From contig CAYMUN010000001.1 of assembly GCA_964393835.1 (NCBI GenBank), positions 15,455 through 79,454 on the forward strand: a stretch of 64,000 nucleotides of DNA. Direction: 5' to 3'. Both the position numbers and the translations under genes were made by a program. The stretch comes from an uncultured Candidatus Saccharibacteria bacterium. Its GTDB lineage: Bacteria; Patescibacteriota; Saccharimonadia; Saccharimonadales; UBA4665. Position 1 is the first letter of the stretch. The number at the start of each line of letters is the position of its first letter. A model generated the notes under the pieces. That model was not told the DNA's origin. It saw nothing but the letters and a program-made list of their open reading frames with translations, and searched no databases. Shown piece after piece: positions 1 to 9,786 of the stretch.

Positions 1-1
1 C

Positions 2-511
2 GCCCCGCCAAGTTGTGATACCAGCTGCACCATTACCGCCACTGTCACCCAAGGCACTCACCCCCTCAGTGATCCCCAATATCCACAATTCCCCGGTACC
101 GTAACCTTTAAACTCGGCGACCAGACCATTCATAGCGAAAACGTCACTGATTCCCCCAGCACCGTCTCGTTTACCTATACGCCAACTGGCAATGGCAGTG
201 CGCCCCTTACCGTCACCGTAACGGACAGTGTCCTCTACCAAGGCACTGACAGTACTACCCTAAATTTTTCCATACCGCCGGTCGTGACGGCGCCCCTCAG
301 CTTCACGGCCGTGATAAGCGGAAGCCTCGTTAATTTTTCGTGGGCTGGCGGCCGAGCGCCTTTCAGCGTCGTGCGGACTACCAACAACTTTCCTCTCTGT
401 AGTAACGTAAGTGGTTCTACCTGCCAAACCTCTGCGGCATTAGCTCCTCATAATGTCAGCGTAACCTTAAAAGACGCCGATAATAATACGATTTCGACGA
501 ACGTTAATTAA
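2..511 (+). CDS. 3' end of a larger secreted/surface repeat protein (5' end lies outside the window)
   Basis: Frame 2 is open from base 2 to TAA at 509-511, so the GTG at 284 in the ORF track is internal. The translated tail is Thr/Ser/Val/Asn-rich with beta-strand-like repeats (TVTVTD, VSVTLKD), as in Ig-like surface repeats. No catalytic motif seen. Confidence 0.5.
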   Translation, partial: APPSCDTSCTITATVTQGTHPLSDPQYPQFPGTVTFKLGDQTIHSENVTDSPSTVSFTYTPTGNGSAPLTVTVTDSVLYQGTDSTTLNFSIPPVVTAPLSFTAVISGSLVNFSWAGGRAPFSVVRTTNNFPLCSNVSGSTCQTSAALAPHNVSVTLKDADNNTISTNVN

Positions 512-515
512 GTAA

Positions 516-1865
516 CTAGTCTTTTTCGAGGAATTGGTTTAAGGCGGAGCGGACATCGGCAACACCGCTGAGGCCGGGAAGTTTTTTACTGGTTTTGGCT
601 ACGGGGCCGATGGCACCGTCAAAGCCAAGTTTTTTGGCTTCGGCCAGACGTTTATCTGCATGGGCGACGTGACGGACTTCGCCGGACAGGCCGACTTCAC
701 CAAAGACGACAGCGTTCTTTTTGAGCTGCAGGCCTTTGGCGGCCGAGCCGATGGCCAGGCAGATTGCTAGGTCAGCGGCCGGCTCGGTAATCTTTATGCC
801 GCCGACGATGTTGATATAGATGTCGTGCTCGGCAAGTTTAAGCTTGGTGCGGCGCTCCAGCATGGCGACCAACAGATTGAGACGGTTGAGGTCAAAGCCG
901 CTGGCGGCTCGTTTGGGATAGCCGTAACTGGTGCGATTGACCAAGGCTTGCACTTCGACCAGTAGCGGCCTGGTGCCCTCGAGCGTGGCCAACACGATAG
1001 AGCCGTCACTAACCTGACGCTCGGATAGCAGGGCTGCCGAAGGATTGAGCACCGGTTTGAGGCCTGCCTCGACCATTTCAAAGATACCGGCCTCGTTGGT
1101 GGAGCCGAAACGGTTTTTGATAGCCCTGAGCAGCTTAAAACCGCCGTACCTGTCACCCTCCAGCTGCAAGACGACGTCAACGACGTGCTCCAGGACTTTG
1201 GGGCCGGCAATCGAGCCCTCTTTGGTGACGTGACCGACGAGCATCAGGGCGGTATTGCTCTGTTTGGCGGCCAGTGTCAGCAGCTGAGTAGCATTAGTAA
1301 TCTGCGAAACGGTGCCGGCAGCCGAAGCAATGGCCGCGCAGCTGACCGTCTGGATAGAATCGATAATAACCAGTTTATACTCGCCAGCGGCAATGGTGGC
1401 GGCGATGTCATCGGCCGAAGTGCTGGTGGCCAATTGCAATTCAGAGCGCAGCGTGCCAAGCCGCTCGGCCCGCAGGCCGATCTGGTGGGCTGATTCTTCG
1501 CCACTGACATACAATACCGGCACTTTGGCGGCCACGGCGTAGGCTAACTGCAACAGCAGCGTGCTTTTGCCAATGCCTGGCTGCCCGGCGAGCAGGTTGA
1601 CGCTGCCGGCGACGATGCCGCCCCCAAAGACGTCATCGACTTCACGCATACCAGTTATGAGCCGGGACTGGTCTTTTGCCACCGAGGTTTTAACAGATTG
1701 GGGCGTCAGCACCCGGCCGCTCTTGACAGCGGTGGTAATAGCACTGTCTGTCAACTGCTCCTGTAAGGTGTTCCATTCGCCGCATTGCGAGCACTTACCG
1801 CTGTAGCTGCTGGCCATGGCACCGCAATTGCTGCAGACAAACCTTGTTGCCGATTTCTTTGCCAA
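516..1865 (-). CDS. radA: DNA repair protein RadA
   Basis: 449 aa. N-terminal C4 zinc finger (CSNCG...CSQCGEW), Walker A GQPGIGKST, RadA-specific KNRFG motif (AIKNRFGSTNE) and a Lon-like C-terminal domain. TTG start 5 nt after TAGGAGG. Confidence 0.95.
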   Translation of the reverse strand: MAKKSATRFVCSNCGAMASSYSGKCSQCGEWNTLQEQLTDSAITTAVKSGRVLTPQSVKTSVAKDQSRLITGMREVDDVFGGGIVAGSVNLLAGQPGIGKSTLLLQLAYAVAAKVPVLYVSGEESAHQIGLRAERLGTLRSELQLATSTSADDIAATIAAGEYKLVIIDSIQTVSCAAIASAAGTVSQITNATQLLTLAAKQSNTALMLVGHVTKEGSIAGPKVLEHVVDVVLQLEGDRYGGFKLLRAIKNRFGSTNEAGIFEMVEAGLKPVLNPSAALLSERQVSDGSIVLATLEGTRPLLVEVQALVNRTSYGYPKRAASGFDLNRLNLLVAMLERRTKLKLAEHDIYINIVGGIKITEPAADLAICLAIGSAAKGLQLKKNAVVFGEVGLSGEVRHVAHADKRLAEAKKLGFDGAIGPVAKTSKKLPGLSGVADVRSALNQFLEKD

Positions 1866-1920
1866 ACATACCTCCTAAAAGTATCCCTAGTGTACCATTT
1901 ACAGATTAAAAACTTATGAA

Positions 1921-2982
1921 CTAATGCTGGATGGGCGCGACGTCGCTGGTTAGCTCTTTGGACAGCTCGCCCTGCTCCAGTACGACCGCGTTGCGTTCAT
2001 TGACCAGCTGATTGTACTGGCTGATGAGGTCTTTGATCCTGCCGACTTCCCGGTTATAGGCATCGACCAGACTATTGTAGATAGGTACCCCGGCGTTGTA
2101 AGCGGCAATATTGCCGCTGCTGCGCAGATTGACCAGTGAGGCCTGCCGGGCCTCGATGTCGTTGTGCTTGGACTTAAGCTCATCTTGAGCACTGGTAATT
2201 TGAGCTTTGAGAGCAGCAAGCTGCTTATCGTAGTTAGTGATAGCCAGCTTACGCGAGGTAAAGGCCAACTGGTATTGGGCCGCAAAAGCCGCAACCTGAG
2301 CGCGGTTTGTGAAATAGCGTCGATAGTACTGCTCTAAGGGGGCCGGCAAGCTGCTGATTTCGGTACCAAAGACGGAATGCATCTCGTTGACCACATCATT
2401 GGGCTCGGATTTCTTATAAGCATCGATGGTATCTAGGATGCGCTGGTCTTTGAGCTGGTGTTTGTAGTAGTCCATCAACATGGCATCTACCTTGGTTCGT
2501 TCTGAAGCCCTGAGGCGGTCGTAAGCCCCGTGGAGCATCTCGTGAGCGGCGGTCACCTGCACCACGCCCTCTAAGCGAGGATCGTTGACGCTGAGCAGAA
2601 AAATACCGCCGTCACTGATTTTTTTGAATTGCTCGTATTGGGGGCCATTTATATAGCACCCGAGCACAATGGTTTGCTCGCCGCCTGCAACAGGACACTT
2701 GCCGGCAAACTGGGCATTGTCCTCCAGCAGCGGATGATTCACGTAAAATATATTACGGCCGTAGTCGGTCATCGTGTCCTGGATGGCCAGTTGAGCTACC
2801 GCTGCTGGCGCGTGATAGTTGCGCAACTGCCACCAGTCCAGGATACTTTGGCGGTTGGCAGCCACCAGACTGAGGCCGAGGAGCCATACGACCAATATGC
2901 CGAGACCGACAAACCGGTTAATTCCACCGGATTGGCTATGGGGACGTCGGAAGTTTTTATTCGTTAGCGATGACATAATCAA
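1921..2982 (-). CDS. Membrane-anchored HExxH (putative zincin) protein with C-terminal coiled coil
   Basis: 353 aa. N-terminal TM helix FVGLGILVVWLLGLSLVAA, HEMLH motif followed by NEMHS, and a heptad-like C-terminus (QLAALKAQITSAQDELKSK...). The 5' end overlaps the clpC stop by about 26 nt. Confidence 0.6.
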   Translation of the reverse strand: MIMSSLTNKNFRRPHSQSGGINRFVGLGILVVWLLGLSLVAANRQSILDWWQLRNYHAPAAVAQLAIQDTMTDYGRNIFYVNHPLLEDNAQFAGKCPVAGGEQTIVLGCYINGPQYEQFKKISDGGIFLLSVNDPRLEGVVQVTAAHEMLHGAYDRLRASERTKVDAMLMDYYKHQLKDQRILDTIDAYKKSEPNDVVNEMHSVFGTEISSLPAPLEQYYRRYFTNRAQVAAFAAQYQLAFTSRKLAITNYDKQLAALKAQITSAQDELKSKHNDIEARQASLVNLRSSGNIAAYNAGVPIYNSLVDAYNREVGRIKDLISQYNQLVNERNAVVLEQGELSKELTSDVAPIQH

Positions 2983-5437
2983 GCGCGCCCTTTTTGGCAG
3001 CTACCTGAATAATATCACCTTTTTCGTACTTTTCATCTAAGATGTCGAGCGCCAAATGGTCTTCGATGGTGTCCTGTATCAGGCGACGCAGTGGCCGCAC
3101 GCCATTATGAGCGTCATAGCCGTGCTCCAGCAGGTACTGCTTGGCGCCGGTGTTGAGCTCTAGGCCGACGCCTTTGCGCTGCAGGCGTTCTTTGAGCTCA
3201 CTGATCTGTAAGTCAATGATCTTAAAGATGTCTTTTTGGGTCAGGGCGCGGAAAACAATGGTCTTGTCGATGCGGTTGAGCAGCTCGGGCCGCAGGAGTT
3301 TTTTGAGCTCGTCCTGGACACGGGTCTTGTTGGTCTCATGCAAAGCGTCGAGGTCTTTGAGATCGCCGGGCTTGGTAGCGTGGAATCCCAGGTTGGCTTC
3401 TTTTTGCAGCTTGTCGGCACCGACGTTACTGGTCATGATGACAATGGTGTTAGTGAAATCGATCCGCCGGCCTTTGGCGTCGGTCAGATAGCCGTCCTCC
3501 AGCATCTGGAGCAGCATATTAAAGACGTCGGGATGAGCTTTTTCGATCTCGTCAAACAGCACCAAACTGTAGGGTTGACGGCGAATTTTATCAGTCAACT
3601 GTCCGCCCTCGTCATAGCCGACGTAGCCGGCTGGCGCGCCGACCAAGCGCGACACATTGTGATGCTCGCCGAATTCTGACATGTCGATCTTGACCAGGGC
3701 GTTTTCACTGCCAAAGAATTCACGGGCCAGTACCCGGGCTAGTTCAGTCTTACCAACGCCAGTCGGACCGAGAAAGATAAACGAACCGATGGGTCGCTTG
3801 TCGCTACTGATACCACTGCGGTTGCGGCGAATGGCCTTGGAGACGGCTTCGACGGCCTCAGCTTGGCCGATGATATATTTACCGAGGGTTTTTTCGAGGG
3901 TTAGCAAGTATTTGGCTTCGCTGCGGATAACCTTTTTGACGGGTACGCCGGTCATGCGAGCCACGACATCGGCTAAGTCTTCACTGGTCACTGTCAGCCG
4001 CTTAGCGTTTTTAGTGCTGGCGTGCAGCTTGGTCAACTCTTTGTTAATCTGCGAAGCCCGGGTTTTGGCGCGGGCGGCACGCTCATAATCTTCGGCGTCG
4101 ACGGCTTCTTCGATCTGGGTGTTGACCAGTTTGAGCTCCTTTTGCAGGGCGCGCACCTCAGGGCTGGTTTTGCCACGGTCGATACGCAGATGGGCGGCGG
4201 TTTCGTCAATCAAGTCGATAGCTTTATCGGGCATGAACCGATCAGGGACATAGCGTTTGGCCAGGGTGACGGCGTCATCGAGGACTTCGTCGCTCATGGT
4301 GACGCCATGGAAGTTTTCGTAATGCTTGCGCAGGCCTTTGAGGATAGCCAGCGTCTCGCTCGGAGTGGTCTCAGGTACCTGGATCGGCTGGAAGCGGCGC
4401 TCCAAGGCGGCGTCCTTTTCGATATGCTTGGTATACTCGACGGTGGTGGTGGCGCCGATCAGCTGGATTTTGCCGCGGGCCAGTGCTGGCTTTAAGATGT
4501 TGCCGGCGTCCATGGCGCCTTCGGCCGCTCCGGCCCCGACGATCAGATGCAACTCGTCAATAAATACAATCGTCTTATTGTCTTTCTCGAGCTCGCCCAT
4601 CACCTTTTTAAGGCGCTCTTCAAACTCACCGCGGTACTTAGTACCGGCGATCATACCGGCCAGATCCAAGGTCACAATCCGCTTGTCCAGCAGGCTGTCG
4701 GGCACGTCTTCGCTGATAATCCGCTGCGCCAGGCCCTCGACAATGGCGGTCTTACCGACACCGGGCTCACCGATTAATACCGGGTTATTTTTGGTACGTC
4801 GATTGAGAATAGTTACCACCCGGCGAATCTGGTTATCACGGCCTACGACTGGGTCTAGTTTGCCCTGACGGGCCAGTAAGGTTAGGTCGGTGCCAAAGAA
4901 ATCCAGCGCCGTCTTTTTGCCGATTTTTTTGCCGCGCTTGCGACCCTCGCCGGTCTCCTGGTCTTCTTCGTACTGCTGGCGAGTCAGGAATTGCTCGATC
5001 TCAGTAGTCAGGCCCTCGACATTAACATTCATGTCCCGCAGCAAAATTGTCGCCCGGGCGTTCTTTTGGGTCAGAATACTGTAGAGAATGTGCTCGGTGC
5101 CACAAAAATCCTGGCTGTAATCCTGAGCGACATCGTAAGCCATCTTGAGCGTTAGCTTGGCGGTCTCGCTCAGCCCCTTGGCACCGACATTGATAACTAA
5201 CGTTTTCGGCGTCAAGTTTAAGGCCAAGCGAGCCCGATCCAGGGTTACGCCCGTGCCCTCGAGGATTTTATTGCCGATACTGCCGTCTTGGGCCAGAATT
5301 CCTAATAATAAGTGCTCAGTACCGACGTAGGCACTGCCAAAACTGCGCGCGATAGCATCAGCGTGCTTCAAACTCTGCAGCGCGTTATTAGTTAAATGGT
5401 TTAAAAATTCCTGGAAATCTGGTGAATTGGGCATCAT
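2957..5437 (-). CDS. clpC: ATP-dependent Clp protease ATP-binding subunit ClpC
   Basis: 826 aa. Duplicated Clp_N repeats, two AAA+ modules (Walker A GEPGVGKT and GPTGVGKT) and a short UVR-like linker ([12 protein letters not shown]) instead of the long ClpB M-domain. Confidence 0.9.
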   Translation of the reverse strand: MMPNSPDFQEFLNHLTNNALQSLKHADAIARSFGSAYVGTEHLLLGILAQDGSIGNKILEGTGVTLDRARLALNLTPKTLVINVGAKGLSETAKLTLKMAYDVAQDYSQDFCGTEHILYSILTQKNARATILLRDMNVNVEGLTTEIEQFLTRQQYEEDQETGEGRKRGKKIGKKTALDFFGTDLTLLARQGKLDPVVGRDNQIRRVVTILNRRTKNNPVLIGEPGVGKTAIVEGLAQRIISEDVPDSLLDKRIVTLDLAGMIAGTKYRGEFEERLKKVMGELEKDNKTIVFIDELHLIVGAGAAEGAMDAGNILKPALARGKIQLIGATTTVEYTKHIEKDAALERRFQPIQVPETTPSETLAILKGLRKHYENFHGVTMSDEVLDDAVTLAKRYVPDRFMPDKAIDLIDETAAHLRIDRGKTSPEVRALQKELKLVNTQIEEAVDAEDYERAARAKTRASQINKELTKLHASTKNAKRLTVTSEDLADVVARMTGVPVKKVIRSEAKYLLTLEKTLGKYIIGQAEAVEAVSKAIRRNRSGISSDKRPIGSFIFLGPTGVGKTELARVLAREFFGSENALVKIDMSEFGEHHNVSRLVGAPAGYVGYDEGGQLTDKIRRQPYSLVLFDEIEKAHPDVFNMLLQMLEDGYLTDAKGRRIDFTNTIVIMTSNVGADKLQKEANLGFHATKPGDLKDLDALHETNKTRVQDELKKLLRPELLNRIDKTIVFRALTQKDIFKIIDLQISELKERLQRKGVGLELNTGAKQYLLEHGYDAHNGVRPLRRLIQDTIEDHLALDILDEKYEKGDIIQVAAKKGALDYVIANE

Positions 5438-5516
5438 AGCGTGGTTATAGCTCCTTTTTGCGGCGTGAGGTGCGTCTTTCTTAATCTAAAACGGATGGCG
5501 ACGTTAGCCTACTACC

Positions 5517-5544
5517 ATAGTACCACTTGGCACTCTCACGTCAA
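5517..5544 (-). promoter_or_regulatory. Sigma-70-type promoter of clpC (TTGACG-16-TACTAT with TGn extension)
   Basis: On the minus strand, -35 TTGACG is at 5544-5539 and -10 TACTAT at 5522-5517, preceded by TGG. It lies about 80 nt upstream of the clpC ATG, and the -35 sits inside the CIRCE spacer. Confidence 0.5.
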
Positions 5545-5553
5545 GAGTGCTAA
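5527..5553. promoter_or_regulatory. CIRCE element (HrcA operator)
   Basis: TTGGCACTC-TCACGTCAA-GAGTGCTAA matches the consensus TTAGCACTC-N9-GAGTGCTAA at 17 of 18 arm positions with the exact 9-nt spacer. Confidence 0.8.
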
Positions 5554-5566
5554 TCCAATCTGTTGG

Positions 5567-5878
5567 CTACCGCTGGCAGTTGACTACAAAACATTCGCGG
5601 CTGGTAATGACTTGGCCCACTTCTGCACATGAGATAATGTTGGAAATAGTGATCTCGCGAGTTTCCGTGGTATCCGGCCGATCAATACGGGTGAGGGTGT
5701 GCTGCTTTAAATCTTCATGTCTTCCGGTAAAGATACCAGGTGGGATGTCTGGAAAACTGACTGTTTCGTTATATCTGGTATTGCCTTCACTGATACAACC
5801 AGAACAGGGGATCTCCTCTGCCGTTGCTTCCGCATTAAACATGACCAGCTCACCAGAACCAAGAGGGCAGCCAGCCAT
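5567..5878 (-). CDS. Hypothetical 103-aa Cys-containing protein downstream of nusA
   Basis: Its ATG is 4 nt after the nusA stop, it ends 13 nt before CIRCE, and its codon texture resembles the neighbours. It has CPLG...CSGC plus two further Cys. No family recognised. Confidence 0.5.
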   Translation of the reverse strand: MAGCPLGSGELVMFNAEATAEEIPCSGCISEGNTRYNETVSFPDIPPGIFTGRHEDLKQHTLTRIDRPDTTETREITISNIISCAEVGQVITSRECFVVNCQR

Positions 5879-5882
5879 AATC

Positions 5883-7115
5883 TTATTCGCCGTGTTCTTC
5901 GATGGCTTCGAGTAGTGAGGATTCCAATTCGTTTTTGCGCTTTAGTTTGGGCTGCTTGGGAAGCTCGGTCGTTTCGATCTTGCCTTCCAGGGCGTCAGCA
6001 GGAGTCGCTGTGGGCTCGGCGACCGCTTCGGTGACAGTTACTTCAGGCGCTGATTCGGGCTCGGCTGGGGCAGCAACGCGATCAGCTTCAATGTCGAGCT
6101 CGTAACCAGTGAGCTTACTTGCTAAACGGACATTCTGACCGCTTTTGCCGATGGCGATACTGAGCTGATCCTCGGGGACGATGACGCGGGCTTTTTGGTT
6201 TTTTTCGTCAAGGACGACTTTAGAGACTCTGGTCGGGCTCAAGGCCTGAGTGATATAGGTAATCGGGTCTTCGGCCCAGACGATGATGTCGATCTTTTCC
6301 TGCTCGCCGACCTCTGAGACAACCGCGTTGACACGGGTGCCGTGGCCACCGACAAAAGTGCCGACCGGGTCGACGCCGGGGACATTAGAAGCGACGGCGA
6401 TCTTGCTGCGGACGCCGGCTTCGCGGGCGATGCCTTTGATCTCGACAGCGCCGGATTCCATCTCTGGGACTTCGCCGCGAAATAGCCACTCGATAAACTG
6501 GTTATTGCCGCGCGAAACGACCAGCTGCGGGCCGCGAAAGCCCCGCTCCACGTCCTTTAAAAAGACTTTGAGGCGCTGGCCTGGGTAATAACGCTCGCCC
6601 TGGATCTGCTCGCTGCGGGGCATGATGCCCTGGGCTTTGCCGAGGTCGATGCGGACAATGTTGCCCTCGACGCGGGCGACGGTAGCGTTGATGACGGTAC
6701 CAATTTTGTCTTCGTATTCGGCCATGACGATTTCGCGCTCGGCTTCACGCAGGCGCTGCAAAATAACTTGCTTGGCGGTCTGGGCAGCGACACGGCCAAA
6801 GCTCTCGGCCTTTTCGTGAATCTCGATGGTCTCACCGACTTTGGCGTTTTTGCGCCGGGCCTGGGCCTCGGTCAGACTGATTTCAAAAGCTTCATTCTCG
6901 ACGGTGTCAACGATTTCTTTACTGATATAAGCATCGACGTCGCCGGTGTTGAGGTTCATCGTTACCCGGATCTCTTGCTCGCGGTCACCGTAATCACGGC
7001 GATAGGCAGCGGCTAGGGCCTGCTCGACTACTTCTTGCACAGTCTCTTCTGGTAGGTTCTTTTCTTCGGCAATAGTCCTAATAGCTATTGCCAGCTGTTT
7101 CATATCTAAGTCCAT
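5883..7115 (-). CDS. nusA: Transcription termination/antitermination factor NusA
   Basis: 410 aa. NusA N-terminal domain (IRTIAEEKNLPEE..ALAAAYRR), S1 and two KH domains (IAIGKSGQNVRLASKLTG). Acidic/Pro-rich tail with no AR1/AR2. SD AGAGAGGAG. Confidence 0.95.
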   Translation of the reverse strand: MDLDMKQLAIAIRTIAEEKNLPEETVQEVVEQALAAAYRRDYGDREQEIRVTMNLNTGDVDAYISKEIVDTVENEAFEISLTEAQARRKNAKVGETIEIHEKAESFGRVAAQTAKQVILQRLREAEREIVMAEYEDKIGTVINATVARVEGNIVRIDLGKAQGIMPRSEQIQGERYYPGQRLKVFLKDVERGFRGPQLVVSRGNNQFIEWLFRGEVPEMESGAVEIKGIAREAGVRSKIAVASNVPGVDPVGTFVGGHGTRVNAVVSEVGEQEKIDIIVWAEDPITYITQALSPTRVSKVVLDEKNQKARVIVPEDQLSIAIGKSGQNVRLASKLTGYELDIEADRVAAPAEPESAPEVTVTEAVAEPTATPADALEGKIETTELPKQPKLKRKNELESSLLEAIEEHGE

Positions 7116-7134
7116 AGGGACTCCTCTCTTTAAG

Positions 7135-7158
7135 AAAAAAGCCGACCACTTTGGCCGG
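7135..7158 (-). terminator. Intrinsic-terminator-like hairpin in the nusA 5' leader (possible attenuator)
   Basis: The minus strand reads CCGGCCA-AAG-TGGTCGG (7-bp stem with one G.U) followed by CTTTTTTCTT. It lies between the predicted nusA promoter and the SD. Confidence 0.4.
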
Positions 7159-7169
7159 ACACTACCTGC

Positions 7170-7198
7170 AGTATATGCCTAACCGCGCAAAAGGTCAA
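7170..7198 (-). promoter_or_regulatory. nusA promoter TTGACC-17-TATACT
   Basis: On the minus strand, -35 TTGACC is at 7198-7193, followed by a 17-nt spacer and -10 TATACT at 7175-7170. Confidence 0.5.
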
Positions 7199-7201
7199 TC
7201 T

Positions 7202-7231
7202 TTGCCTGTCCCACGCTTGGTAGGCTACAAT
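7202..7231 (+). promoter_or_regulatory. pepN promoter TTGCCT-18-TACAAT, 8 nt from the ATG (leaderless-type)
   Basis: TTGCCT at 7202-7207, TACAAT at 7226-7231, ATG at 7240. No SD in between. Confidence 0.45.
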
Positions 7232-7239
7232 ATTTATAT

Positions 7240-9786
7240 ATGGGCAAAAACGTCACGCGATTATTTGAGCAACTCCAGCCCGAGCATTATGATTTGGCAC
7301 TGCAACTGGATAAAGCAGCGTTAACGTTTCGGGGGACAGTTACGATCCGGGGCAAAAAGGCCGGCCGGCCGGCACAGCGGTTAACATTTCATCAAAAAGA
7401 TTTAAAAGTCACTAAAGCGACAGTCCTAAAGCATGATAAAAAGGGCGATCACCCGGTCACGATTACGCGCCTCAACCACCACGATAGTTTCAACGAAGTG
7501 AGGCTGCACTCCGACCAGCCCTTTTACCCCGGCGAATACACGGTGACTCTCGAGTTTGAGGGGAAGATCACGCGGCCGATGAACGGTATTTACCCGTGCT
7601 TTTTTAAACATGACGGCCAGGACAAGGTATTGATAGCCACCCAGTTTGAATCGCACCACGCCCGCGAGGCATTTCCCTGCATCGACGAGCCGGAGGCCAA
7701 AGCAACCTTTGATTTAACGCTCACCACGCCGACTGGCGAAACGGTTATCGCTAACACGCCGGTTAAAAGTCAGCAAACAGCAGGTGGAGAGCAAATTACC
7801 AGCTTTGAAACGACACCACGCATGTCGACCTACTTGCTGGCGTTCGTGTTTGGAGAGTTAGCATACAAAGAAGCTAAAACCGCGGATGGCGTGGCAGTGC
7901 GCTGCTACGCGACGCCTGACAACGTGCCATACGTCGAATTTTCGCTGGACTGCGCCGTCAAAGCCTTGGATTTTTATAATCGGTATTTTGACATTCCCTA
8001 TCCGCTGCCAAAATGTGATTTCGTGGCCCTGCCCGATTTTGCCAGTGGCGCTATGGAAAACTGGGGCTTGATTACCTTTCGTGAACAGGCCCTGTTGGTT
8101 GATCCGGCAAATACGTCGCTGCACCTCAAACAATATGTCGCCAACGTCGTCGCCCACGAGCTGACTCACCAGTGGTTTGGCAACTTAGTGACGATGCGCT
8201 GGTGGACAGACCTATGGCTTAACGAGAGCTTCGCTAGCTGGATGAGCTACTTGGCCGTCGATCACCTATTCCCTGACTGGAAAGTCTGGACACAGTTCAT
8301 CGTTGACGAGCAAGGCCTGGCGCTCAAACTCGATGCCCTGGAGCACACCCATCCGATTGAAGTCGAAGTCAGGCACCCTGATGAAATCCGGACTATCTTT
8401 GACGCTATCAGCTATGAAAAAGGCGCCAGCGTCCTGCTGATGTTGCATGATTACCTCGGCGCCGACGCTTTTCGGGATGGTCTACGACTTTATCTGAAGC
8501 GCCACGCTTACGGCAACACCGACACGATCGACCTCTGGGCAGCCCTAGAGGAAGTCTCCGGCAAGCCAATCAAGGAGTTTATGAGTGCCTGGACGTCTCA
8601 GAGCGGCTACCCGATCGTGCAGGCTGATGTAACTGGCGGGAAATTACACCAGGAACGCTTCTACCTAAACCCAGCCGCCAAAAAAGAGCGGACGGTTTGG
8701 CCGATTCCGCTGCTGGCCAGCCAGCCGATTGCTATCGAGACCTTTGACAAGCCGGAGCAAACATTTAGCAGCAAAGCTCTGCCGGATGATTTTATCCTCA
8801 ATCATAACCGCACTAGTTTTTACCGGGCTATTTATGATCCTCGACACCTGGAAAAACTAGCCGGAGCCATTAAAGCCGGCAAGCTCAACGAGCTGGATCG
8901 CCTGGGGCTTTTGGGCGACGCTTTTGAAGCGGCCAAGGCCGGCTATGGCAGTACGGTAGCGGTGCTCAAATTGTTGCCAGCCTACGCCGACGAGGACAGC
9001 GCGGTGGTCTGGGATATCATTGCCGGTGGCCTGGGGAGCATCCGGGTGGTCATGGATGACGAGGCAGTTCGGGCCAGCCTCAAGCCCTATATCCGTAACT
9101 TGACCACCAAGCAATTGCAGCGGCTCGGCTGGGAAGAAAAGTCTGACGATAGCCACTTTGACCGCTTGCTGCGGCCCACTATCCTAGGCCTGGCTTCTTA
9201 TGGCGAAGCGCCTGAAGTAGTCGCCGAAGCCAAGCGTCGTTTCGCCACGATGAGCCGCCCCGAAGACGTGCATCCAGACCTCCGGGGCGTGGTTTACGGC
9301 ACGGTGGCCCGCACCGGAAATGACGTCGATTTTGATAAAATGCTGGCCATGCATGACTCCAGCCAAAATAGCGAAGAACGCGTCACCTTGGCTGGCGCCT
9401 TAACCGGTTTTGAGCAGCCGGAGTTAATCGAGCGTGCCCTGGGTTATATAACTACCGACAAAGTTCGCCTGCAAGACGCTCCTTATTGGGTTGCCTACAG
9501 CTTTATGAATCGTCATGCCCGCCGTCTCACCTGGGAATGGCTGGTCGCCCACTGGGAATGGCTCGCCAAAAATATCGGCACCGATCTGAGTTTCTCGCGG
9601 ATGCCGATCTATGCCGCCCGCGGCTTTAGCGACGCTTTGTTCTTGCCGGAATTCACCACCTTTTTTGAAACGCACACCGGCCCGGGCTTTGATCGCCCCA
9701 TCAAGCAAGCCATCGAAACTATCCAGTGGCAGGCCGCCTGGCGCGACCGCGACCTCGCCGCCATCAAAAAACACCTCAAGCGCTAA
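7240..9786 (+). CDS. pepN: Aminopeptidase N (M1 family)
   Basis: 848 aa. GAMENWG exopeptidase motif and HELTHQWFGNLVT...WLNESFA (HExxH-X18-E). Confidence 0.9.
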   Translation: MGKNVTRLFEQLQPEHYDLALQLDKAALTFRGTVTIRGKKAGRPAQRLTFHQKDLKVTKATVLKHDKKGDHPVTITRLNHHDSFNEVRLHSDQPFYPGEYTVTLEFEGKITRPMNGIYPCFFKHDGQDKVLIATQFESHHAREAFPCIDEPEAKATFDLTLTTPTGETVIANTPVKSQQTAGGEQITSFETTPRMSTYLLAFVFGELAYKEAKTADGVAVRCYATPDNVPYVEFSLDCAVKALDFYNRYFDIPYPLPKCDFVALPDFASGAMENWGLITFREQALLVDPANTSLHLKQYVANVVAHELTHQWFGNLVTMRWWTDLWLNESFASWMSYLAVDHLFPDWKVWTQFIVDEQGLALKLDALEHTHPIEVEVRHPDEIRTIFDAISYEKGASVLLMLHDYLGADAFRDGLRLYLKRHAYGNTDTIDLWAALEEVSGKPIKEFMSAWTSQSGYPIVQADVTGGKLHQERFYLNPAAKKERTVWPIPLLASQPIAIETFDKPEQTFSSKALPDDFILNHNRTSFYRAIYDPRHLEKLAGAIKAGKLNELDRLGLLGDAFEAAKAGYGSTVAVLKLLPAYADEDSAVVWDIIAGGLGSIRVVMDDEAVRASLKPYIRNLTTKQLQRLGWEEKSDDSHFDRLLRPTILGLASYGEAPEVVAEAKRRFATMSRPEDVHPDLRGVVYGTVARTGNDVDFDKMLAMHDSSQNSEERVTLAGALTGFEQPELIERALGYITTDKVRLQDAPYWVAYSFMNRHARRLTWEWLVAHWEWLAKNIGTDLSFSRMPIYAARGFSDALFLPEFTTFFETHTGPGFDRPIKQAIETIQWQAAWRDRDLAAIKKHLKR

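Noticed and set aside
5547-6034. Plus-strand ORFs of 122 and 105 aa
   Set aside because: They overlap the nusA 3' end and the 103-aa minus-strand ORF, and they cross the CIRCE/promoter region.
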